A DNA stretch of 64,000 nt. Source: Macrostomum lignano. Its lineage: Eukaryota. The stretch is from NCBI GenBank assembly GCA_002269645.1, contig NIVC01001615.1, forward strand, positions 62,001 to 126,000, written 5' to 3'. The translations under genes and the position numbers were made by a program. The notes under the pieces were generated by a model. The model was not told the origin of the DNA. It did not search any database and saw only the letters and a program-made list of their open reading frames with translations. Positions 12,001-22,318 of the stretch are shown in pieces; positions within the stretch are counted from its first letter, which is position 1, and each line of letters starts with the position of its first letter.

Positions 12001-12269
12001 TCTCCCATAGCCCCTTGTCAGCTAGACAGGGCAGCTGCTGTCATAAATTACACGCACGCTACCGCATTATGTTTTGTCCACTCTCAGATTGAAGCTGAGT
12101 CGTAAAATAAAAAACACTGAAAATCTTTCAGCTCTGCTTTACTTTATGGCACATGCCATCACACGGATTTATTTTTTTCGCGCGGCGACTTTAGACACTC
12201 AAGACATCGGAGGGGCGAATTTAATTAAGCTTTAAGTTTTCCATTTTGAGAGTCACTTTATCTTCGATA

Positions 12270-12600
12270 CTCCGGGAACTCGAACTCGTCAGTGAACTCA
12301 GCAGGGAACTCGTCATATAACTCATCAGGAAGCTAGTCAGATAACTTGTCAAAGAACTCGTCAGGGAACTTGTCAGGGAACTCGTCAGGGAACTCGTCAG
12401 AGAACTTGTCAGAGAACTTGTCAGGGAAATCGTCAGGGAACTCGTCAGAGAACTTGTCGGAGAACTTGTCAGGGAAATCGTCAGGGAACTTGTCAGGGAA
12501 CTCGTCAGAGAACTCGTCGGGGAACTCGTCCGGGAACTTGTCAGGGAACTCGTCAGAGAACTCGTCAGAGAACTTGTCAGGGAACTCGTCAGAGAACTCT
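12270..12600. repeat. Minisatellite, 12-bp unit TCAGGGAACTCG immediately 3' of the GPCR stop codon
   Basis: Tandem copies visible. Confidence 0.92.
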
Positions 12601-12615
12601 TTTATCGAGGACTTG

Positions 12616-13620
12616 TCAGTTGCCGGGCACAGTGGAGTCGGCCTCCACGGTGGCAGACTGCGGAGCCACGCGCCTGTTGCTGCCAGCGCAGCAGCAGCGG
12701 CTGCAGGGCAGGTCGCGCATGATGAGGCGACGCACGCTCGGCGAAGTGAGCGCGTAGATGTAGAGCGAGAAGCAGTTGTTGGTGTAGGACAGCAGGATGA
12801 GGCCGCTGTAGGCCGTGTCCAGCGCCGGGGTCCAGTTTCCCGGGTTCAGGGCCCGGTAGACCAGCATGAAACGGCTGGGCAGCATGGAGACGAAGAAGTA
12901 CACGGAGATCCCGAACAGCATGCGGAAGGCCTTGGCCTCCTTGGTCGCGTTGCTCGACGAGGCGGCGCTGCCGGAGGCGCAGGCGTAGCGGCAGAGCAGC
13001 GAGCCGTTGACGGCCAGCAGGTAGAGGCTGGGCAGGAGGATCCGCAGCGCCAGGTCGCAGGCGATGAAGGCGTCGAAGTTGAACTCGGGAGCCGAGATGC
13101 ACACCGCCCTGCTGTAGATGGGCACCCAGATCAAGCGCATGATGTACAGCAGGCAGTGGTTCTTGATGGCGGACCCGGCCACGAGGCCACAGACGACGCC
13201 GACCATCAGGCGGACGCCGAAGCGTCTTGTCGGCAACACGACGGCCAGCAGGCGCTCTGTGGCGATGAGGCAGACTATCCAGCCGCTGACGTCGGTGGAC
13301 AAGTAGACACCGAAGATGTGCATCCGGCACAGTGGATCCGACACGGAGCGCAGGTCCCAGCCGGTGGACAGCAGCGACAGGTAGCGGGTCAGCGAGATGA
13401 GCATCACGGCCAGGTCGGCCACGGCCAGCAGGCGGAAGGTCGCCCGGGTCGACTCGCCGAGGAAGCAGCGACGCCGGAACAGCCAGAGGATGCCGGCGTT
13501 GCCGACGATGCCGAGCGCCATGGCGAGGCAGCCGAATGCCAGCAGCAGGCTGCGCGTGACGGCGAAGGCGTTGCCGGAGGGCGAGACGCCGTCGGCATTG
13601 GAAGAGCCGTTGTCGCTCAT
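12616..13620 (-). CDS. Intronless class A (rhodopsin-like) GPCR, peptide-receptor-like orphan
   Basis: ATG at 13620 (MSDNGSS, N-glycosylation sequon). Seven hydrophobic segments with TM1 GN, TM2 LAVAD, extracellular Cys before TM3, ERL at the DRY position, TM6 FFVSMLP and TM7 NNCFSLYIY. Confidence 0.88.
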   Translation of the reverse strand: MSDNGSSNADGVSPSGNAFAVTRSLLLAFGCLAMALGIVGNAGILWLFRRRCFLGESTRATFRLLAVADLAVMLISLTRYLSLLSTGWDLRSVSDPLCRMHIFGVYLSTDVSGWIVCLIATERLLAVVLPTRRFGVRLMVGVVCGLVAGSAIKNHCLLYIMRLIWVPIYSRAVCISAPEFNFDAFIACDLALRILLPSLYLLAVNGSLLCRYACASGSAASSSNATKEAKAFRMLFGISVYFFVSMLPSRFMLVYRALNPGNWTPALDTAYSGLILLSYTNNCFSLYIYALTSPSVRRLIMRDLPCSRCCCAGSNRRVAPQSATVEADSTVPGN

Positions 13621-16064
13621 CGGAGAGCTGGCGAGCTTCAAGTGCAGACGAGCGGATCGGTCTCAAGTCGAAATCCCAGCCGAGCATGAGTTGAGCATGT
13701 ATTTATGCGCTCACCCTGAGCTGCTCCTCCATTGGCTGGCTAAAGTTGATTGGCAAGCAGTCAGCCTTAACTTGATAACTCAGTTTTCTTGCTGAGCACG
13801 ATGTCTGAAATCGTGTGAGTTCGGCTGCAGGGTTCGGGCTTATGAATAAACTTGGCTGTTCGGAGCTTCTCTCGAACTTGGATCTTGAAGCTACATTTGA
13901 ACTTTTTTGCTGGTTTTTGAGAGATCAAAAAAGTACGTCAATAACTTTTGAATTTTTCAAAACTCCCAACAGGGCAATGTAAGTTTACATCCGCGTCAAC
14001 CAAACAGACTGCAGCCAAACAGAGTCGCCGTGCGACATCTCGCCTTGGAAACAGAAGTATCATATTTGGCTAAGAATATACTCACCCAAGCCTTCCATGC
14101 TAGTCAGAGAAGTGACTGCTTTTGTGACCGCTTCTTTCATGGATTTCTTCTCATCAGTTCCACGGTTTCATTTGCCGCTGCGCTCGCAATGGTTTGACTT
14201 TGCCTCAAAATCAAAGGGTTTTTTTGGCCGGGGAACTTCACAATAATCGATTCGGATGAAAAGACTAAAACTGAAGCTTTTCTGATCGATCATGTCAAGA
14301 GTTGTCTTTGATGCTTGAGAATATTGATCCTTAATTGACTATACTCGAATTCCCAGTATGAGCACCCGTCCTTCAGTATGGATAGATATCTAGTGAGCCC
14401 CAATGTAACACGTGAGCACCGGTGTAACAGGTTCTCATCCTTCTCAATCTTGATTCAAATATTTCCTATTTCACAGCCTCAAAAAAAGAATCACGGATGA
14501 AACATATCTAAAAAGAAATTGCACACAAAAGCTCTTCAGAAAATTCAAAAGCATTGCTTCAATTTCTTAACGGACAGGAGCACCAGAACATGATTCATTT
14601 ATAGCCCCTGTGCGACTCAAACAGGTGAGTGGGATATACATGTACTTTTATGCTCATCCCTCTTATAGGTAAGTCTCTGATTTCCATGCAGCGCACAGAA
14701 TCAAGTCAGCATCATCATCTGCCTCGGCTGTCTTAATAAAGCACCTCGCGCAGCTCTGAAAGCCGCACTTGTACTCACTTCAGTGGATGCTGAGCATGAG
14801 CAGGAATAACAGAGTTACGTTAGTTTCCCCAATTTACTGGGAACTCTAGGAACCTGCAGCTCAGAATAAGATCTATGCCCGAGATTGTACGTACGTGTAA
14901 AAGCATAAGATTATTGCACTTATAAACACTGGATCAGAAAACAGTTTTTAACCAGAATTAATACAACATCAATAGCTCTAAGAAAACCATTGCTACGTAC
15001 ATTAGCAGACGCAAAAAAACAAAAAGCAAAGCACGTGACGCGCCTCAGAGTCTGGACGAGACTACAAAATAAATTCCAAACCTATTGGAGAGGGGGGAAG
15101 AGAGAGCAGACGGCACCAAGCCCAGCCAATCAGCGCGCCGCGCAGGGTAGAACTGATACCCCAGGGGAGAGGGGGAGAAAGGGACAGTAAGGACTGACCA
15201 ATCGGTTTGCAGAAAAGCTGGAGGTGGATGCGGGGGAGTCGGGCTGCATAACAAGAGAGACAGAGAGTTCACGGCGTATCAAGTAATTAAATTTAATTGA
15301 TTGGGGACCCTGTGTGGACCAGATCTTCTGTTCCTGCGTACGTGCCATATCCGCATGCTTAGGAGTCCCCGGAGTTGTCCATGAAAGCCTTGCCTTGCCT
15401 CCTAATTGCTGGCTGCGTGTCGACTGTTGCCTTGATCTGCGGCAATGCCTGCAGCCCCACCACAGCACACTGACGCTGACTCTGCAGATTCTGGCTGACC
15501 GACGACCGAAAAGACTCGAAAAATACTCGCGTCCAGCCAGGCGCGTCAGGTGTCGCTGTTTTGCTTTCGGCTTTTTTGCGCTCGAAACCTGTCGGTCACG
15601 CCCTTTGCCGGCATAAAAGCCCGCCTGCTCAGCGACGCGACCGTCTTTGAAGATTAAAAAAGCAGCCCACTTCTTCTCCGAGTCTAGAGAGAGAGAAACT
15701 GGCATGTGGCTATAGATTTATAAACATGTCTGGACAAATCATCCGGTATATTCACTACAAACAGTTGGTTAACCTAATGGGAAAAAACTCCCGTTCGCGT
15801 TAATAAATGCCTTTCAATAAAGATCCCTTTTATTTTTTATCCACTCAGCTTCATCTGGGATGCTGAAATCCAACGCTCTGCACCAAAAAGCCCATAAAGC
15901 TCCTAAGAAGGGAATCTCGAATTCTAAGGGATGCCGTCCAATATCTGCTGTGTGGGCCTTTGATCCTCTGATTTCAATGTGGACAAACGGATTCTTTGCA
16001 CGTGATTAGAAATTTTCTTTAAAAAAATTTCTTCTTGTTATGGATGAATTGTTTTTCAGATTCG

Positions 16065-16913
16065 ATGTCAGCCATGCATGCAGTTTGCAGAGGGCCTTTG
16101 GTTTGGCGGCTCTGACTTTCCTCAAGTCAGTCGAGTGTCATGCAGAGAGCCTTTGTTTTGGCGGCTCTGACTTTCCTCAAGTCAGTCGAGTGTCATGCAG
16201 AGGGCCTTTAGCTTGGCGGCTCTGACTTTCCTCAAGTCAGTCGAGTGTCATGCAGAGGGCCTTTGGTTTGGCGGCTCTGACTTTCCTCAAGTCAGTCGAG
16301 TGTCATGCAGAGGGCCTTTGGCTTGGCGGCTCTGACTTTCCTCAAGTCAGTCGAGTGTCATGCAGAGGGCCTTTGGCTTGGCGGCTCTGACTTTCCTCAA
16401 GTCAGTCGAGTGTCATGCAGAGGGCCTTTGGCTTGGCGGCTCTGACTTTCCTCAAGTCAGTCGAGTGTCATGCAGAGGGCCTTTGTTTTGGCGGCTCTGA
16501 CTTTCCTCAAGTCAGTCGAGTGTCATGCAGAGGGCCTTTGGTTTGGCGGCTCTGACTTTCCTCAAGTCAGTCGAGTGTCATGCAGAGGGCCTTTGGTTTG
16601 GCGGCTCTGACTTTCCTCAAGTCAGTCGAGTGTCATGCAGAGGGCCTTTGGTTTGGCGGCTCTGACTTTCCTCAAGTCAGTCGAGTGTCATGCAGAGGGC
16701 CTTTGTTTTGGCGGCTCTGACTTTCCTCAAGTCAGTCGAGTGTCATGCAGAGGGCCTTTGGTTTGGCGGCTCTGACTTTCCTCAAGTCAGTCGAGTGTCA
16801 TGCAGAGGGCCTTTGGTTTGGCGGCTCTGACTTTCCTCAAATCAGTCGAGTGTCATGCAGAGGGCCTTTGGTTTGGCGGCTCTGACTTTCCTCAAATCAG
16901 TCGAGTGTCATGC
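16065..16913. repeat. Satellite, 55-bp unit GAGGGCCTTTGGTTTGGCGGCTCTGACTTTCCTCAAGTCAGTCGAGTGTCATGCA, about 15 copies
   Basis: Highly homogeneous tandem array; each unit contains the CTGACTT-TCCTC-AAGTCAG hairpin. Confidence 0.96.
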
Positions 16914-19900
16914 CTATGGGAATTGTTGGCCCATATGAGAGCTGTGGATCACGCGACAATGCCGGAGGCAAATTAACGAGACCGGGAACTCATGCATTCC
17001 CGCTGAGCTGCTGAGCTACCGGCTCCATCCAAATTGAAGGTTTGAATCAGTCGATTGAGTTGTAAGCTTCGACCGGTCCGATCAATACGTATTAGTAGGA
17101 GTATTTTGAAATCCTAGAAATAATTATTAATTGTTAGTAGCCTTGACAGCCATATAGTTCATTATCTTCCCAAATACAACGGGAAAACATACTTTAAGGG
17201 TTTTGTAACTTGCGCTTCAACGCACAATTTGCTAAAGGCTCTTCAGTTTGCTCATGCAAAATGCATGCATGGAAAGGTAAGGAGGGCCTAGTTCTGAAAA
17301 AACTCTAATTTGCTAATTGCATGAATAATTGCTATAATAGTAGCTGCATGACGCTCACGACCAAGCCCGTGACTTGTATTTACTCAAGCTTTAGTTTGTG
17401 ATGTTAAGCCAATACATTTAGTATGAATTTTCTCTTTTTTTCAATGTACACGGTTGCAATATACAAAATTAAGTTATGATTACGTCGACGGGTTTAGAAT
17501 TCAGAAAGTGCATATCGTCTAGCCGAATATATTAAGAAAATATGAATACTTCGTTGAAATGCTTTAAAGGAACTTGCAACTTGTTAATAATAAAGCATGC
17601 ATGCGATTGGGTTTTGGATTGATTGGAACTGTAGTACATGCAATTTTTTTGTCCCGACTCACAACAGGCCCATTATCATAGCATTTGTAACATGCAGTCA
17701 CAGTTTTGCAATTGTAGATGTAAATTGTCAGTTTAGCTTAGCTTACAAATTTACAGTAATTTCAAAGCTAAAAACTGTTTTATATCAATTCTACTTTGCG
17801 GCCATTCGAAAGACCAATTCTTGAAAGCGTGGTTTCGGTGTATAATTTGTTGTTGTTAAATGTGGGTGTAGAGCTAGGCGATCTCCTCAGGAGAGCTCAG
17901 GGAAGGGCTCTACCGCTGGATGGTGATTCCACCAGGGGCATATAGCCCGGGTCACCAGGATTGGAGCTAGGAGTCTTGCCCTATCGACTGCAGGGCTCAA
18001 CAAATTGAGGAGGACACCGAGGACCCAAACAGCGGAATCAGGTAGACGAGTTTTAAGGACTGCCCCCAGGCCACCACCCCAACTGCATGCCATAAACCCT
18101 AGTGTGTGCGCGCAAAAAGAGAATTGGAAAGAAAAATGTTGGAAAGTTTTTGAAAAGCAGATCCAAGAGCGGGACCCACAGAATACCCCTCGGCATTGTT
18201 TTTACCTATAACAATGCACCCAGGGCTACGGAAAAGGCTTTCAGATTGGAATGAGACTGGGCAGCTTAATTATTTCACCATGGGCGGGGTCTCCTATCAG
18301 GTAGCTTGGCTGCCCTCACACCTCCAGTGCTGCAAGCCACAAATTGGCTTCTTCGCTACCAACTCTAATTGCCCAAGCCAAGGGTAGAGCATGAGACACA
18401 CCAGAGCAAAATTACACCGCGGGCTCATGAGCCGCGGTTTTCCCCGATTCGGGACCGATCTTTTGGGACGCCTGTCCCCAGTCAGAGATGAGAGCCAAGA
18501 CACTTATAGCAGGGAGACAACCAGAGGAGACAGCAGATACATGTAGACCGAGGGAGCAGATGGACCAAAAGGCAGAGATCATCATAACTCCTAAGATGGA
18601 ACGGCCATAACCGAAAAGAAAAACCAAATAAAACGGTAATAAAAACAAATAGAGGAGGATCACCTGAACCTTTTTGCGGCTCAACCACAGGGCTGCTGGC
18701 ATCAACTGGACTCTATCGTAAACTTTGTGAATGGTCGTCTCTCCTGCTCGGCGGGTACAACCGCGAGGCTTAACAAGTCCTTGATCTACCGTCCAGCATC
18801 ACATTCACTCCAGGTACGCCCCCCTAGAACCAAGGCAGGGCAGAAAAGAGAAAAGTTATTTTTGGAGTGGACATCACCTCCGGTGAGGCCACTTAAATTG
18901 AGCCACCCGATTGGGCAGGTCAATAGGATTCCGCACAAGCCGACGATCGAGAAACGCCACCATGCAGTAATTGCAGCCCAAAAAAACAGTCAGAGACCGT
19001 ATCGGTGTATTTAAGTGTACTACTTCTAAAAATGGTGTCAAAATGGTATAAAAACTGTAAAATTCAGAAGTAGCATCATGCTTTTTAAATGAATTTTCCA
19101 GAATTACGAATTTGTAAAAAATGTTAAAAATCATAAGACGCAATTAATTAATGGAAATTGAATTTAGAAATTAACATAATAATAATTAAATATTATATTA
19201 TTAAACTATTATTTATTTCATATTATGCCCTGCTCATCGAAATTATTCTCAAAGTCAAATCTTTTTTCTCAGTTGACCAATTCGCTTGGACCTCTTCTGC
19301 TGCTGCTCCACACCGCTTGAATTCTATGCACGTGTTATTAATGTAAATAATTACAATTTAAGCGAACCATTAATGTAGGCTTATCCGCTTGATGTACGAA
19401 AAACATGTTTCTGCTAAACTTAAATCATTTAATATTGTTTTGTTTTTATTATAAATGCATCGTCGTAAGTTTTTAAATCACATTCGGTCATCAAATAAAT
19501 TTATATAACGATTGTTGTTGATTGCCTATTTATTTCAATCTATCGACATGGTTTTCTTGACGAAGCAGAGCCGTATTAGAAGGTATAGACAGTATCAGAT
19601 AGTACAGAAAATCTTAAGTAATATATCATGATAATTAATAATAGAATATGTATCCACTCATGGGGCAAAATTGTCATGCTAAGCTAATTATCCCAATCAC
19701 GAAGCACAATACATACAGTCAGTATACGAATTATTTTGATCAGAAAAAAATAGTACTTCTTGAACGATTGAACTCATTATTAATGCTAAGCAAATAGTAG
19801 ATCTAATCTGAGAATATTTATAATTTATTTTTTGCTGCAGCAGGTAATAATGAATTGAGCCAAATTCCAATGAACCATTTAAAAAATCCATTATTATTAT

Positions 19901-20130
19901 TCCTTTTTCTAATACTAATAGTAATACTTGGGCAGCCAAATTGGGCTTGGACTACTATAGTCTATAATTTTGGATGTCTTTGTTTAAAAATATCATCTTA
20001 ACTCTAACTATATGATATCATTTGTTGAATACTTGAAATTGAATAGGCCCCTATCATTATATCAATATGACAATAATAGGATATGTAGACCTAACTTTGG
20101 CCAATTGGTTTTTACTTTTTACCAATTTTG

Positions 20131-20289
20131 AAACCAATGTTAAAATGTACATAGTGGGAGCAGGATGGCTATATACTAGATAACAAAATTGTGGGATGGC
20201 TGACTAAGGCGAAGGGGTAAAGGATAAGTGAATCATTATATGGAATAATGCACATCAGCATATGTCTATGTACATTTTAACATTGGTTT
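20131..20289. repeat. Perfect 24-bp inverted repeat pair (MITE-like)
   Basis: AAACCAATGTTAAAATGTACATAG (20131-20154) and its exact reverse complement (20266-20289); no clear TSD. Confidence 0.6.
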
Positions 20290-22318
20290 TAATTAATGTC
20301 AGTAACAACCAGTGTTGGGCACCAATCCATTAATAAGTGTTAATCCATTAATTATCATTAAGATTTTTCATGAATGTTAATAGACTATTCAGTAGGCCTA
20401 GTGTAGCTAGGATTTTGAAAGGGGAAGATAACTCTAAGGAACAAAATTGTAGACTAATGAAATAGTTTTTTGGCAATTTTTCTATTAAAAATACATTTAA
20501 AAAGTATCAAAACCATGTTTATTAGGCTAAAAAACTTTCTTTTGGTAAAATGAAAATAAACCTGATAGATATCTATCCTGACCATACCATTTTAGGAACT
20601 AAGGATTCATGGAAATATTGTTTAAAACATTTTAATAGTAATTTACAATTGAAATAAGCCAATTTTTGGCAATTTTGATAGGTCTAAGCCATTTTATTTT
20701 GATTTTTTTCAAAAAATCTCTTTTTTTTCATTGCCTTTAAATTATCAAAAGGGGGGATACATCCTTATACCCCCCTTAGCTATGCTATTGAGACTATGGT
20801 TAAGATTTTTTGAACTTACAAATTAACAAATTTGCATTAATAATTTTGTAAGTTGACAAAAAATTCATCATTAATGTTAATGGCAATGTCAATGTTTAAA
20901 AAAGCAAAGAAAGAACAAAAATTAAAGTCTAAAAAGAAGTTACAACATTACAAATATATTTGAATTCAGGCCTACCCCTACCTAAATGCCTAATTAATAT
21001 CTTTGTTTATGATAACAATCATGCAAATGTAACAATTTCTTATTAATGAAATTAAATAATAAATTAAAATTATAAACTTTATTGCTTGCACATAAGCATC
21101 AATTGCTTTTATTCACTTCTTTCCCCAATCCTTTTGTAACTTTCTGCTATGCCTGCTAATGCTAATAAAACAACCTTCTTATTTGGATTTTATTATTAAC
21201 TTTATTAAACTTGCATCACTGACTGAATAAGCAAGTGTCACAAGCAGAAGAGTGAATGAACTTGACAAGAATTCCATCATTTATTCCTGACTGACTGGCT
21301 GACTCATATGACTGGTTGGTGATGCTGCATAAGCTGCACTGTTCCAGTTTAAGAATTCAATATGAGAGCTGTCCACTTGCTCTGAAGGTGTTGGACAACT
21401 CAGCTTGTTAGCCTATTTCTAATTGTATTGAGATTTTTCATGAAAATTAATCAATGTTGTGTTCAGATATTAATGCAAGTTTGTGTGCAGTTTCTTCAAA
21501 ATTGGTGCCAGATTGTAGGAGTAATTCAGTGATACAGAGAACTTTTGGGATGACCATTAGATATATAAAATATCAATCCTATGGAAGTGCACCTAATAGT
21601 ATAATGTAAAATAGTTTTCATTATAACTTATAATTTTTTGTTAAACAAATCAGAAATTAGCATATAAATAGCTTTATTAGAAATTGAGATGCATATATTT
21701 TGGCTGAAATATATTCTACCTTGATAATAGGCTATTCTTTCTTTCTTTGAGTATAAGTTTCTTAAAAAAATCTTTCCTAGGCTTTTATGCTAGTTATGGC
21801 ACTAGGATTTTATTTGCAATGTTATACAGTTGTTAAAGATACATGTACTAACTAGATGTACTATTAATTAGGTTCCTGCCCTTATGATGTTATATAGCAT
21901 CTTTTAATAATTATTATAATATAATAAAGAATCTTGTTATGTAATTTTTCTAATTTATATTTATACTTCATTCTTGTAATAATTTTCTAGACTTAGAAGG
22001 CAAAATAGTAGGTAGTCACTAGGATTTTAATAAAATTATTATACTCTTTAGAAGATACTGTTTACTGTAAAGAATCTTTAACTACAAAAGTTGCACTAGT
22101 CTTTTAAAAGTTTGACTATACTATTTTTGTATAAAGAACTGAAATGAAATTTTCTAGTGAAATGACTTTTTAAAAGTTAAAAATTAATTATTAAAAACAT
22201 CAATGAACAATTTCAAGATGAAGGACTTAGAATTTCTTTGTCAAACATGAATAGATTATTATGTCACTCAGATAGTCTAATCCCCTTGTATTTATTCTGG
22301 CAGACAAGAAGCCAGGAC

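Noticed and set aside
12346-13689. 447-aa plus-strand ORF and 361-aa alternative minus-frame ORF over the GPCR
   Set aside because: Shadow ORFs expected from GC-rich codon usage; only the 12616-13620 frame has 7TM motifs.
14080-14460. Possible minus-strand coding exon ending in G|GTGAGT
   Set aside because: All frames are interrupted by stops and show no recognisable similarity.
16065-16913. CRISPR-like or hammerhead-ribozyme satellite
   Set aside because: No unique spacers, no cas genes and a eukaryotic context. The hammerhead core CUGANGA...GAAA is not present in the correct arrangement on either strand.
16975-17035. tRNA-like head on the minus strand (GGAGCCGGTAGCTCAGC)
   Set aside because: Only an A-box-like match; the B-box is poor, so it is not supportable.
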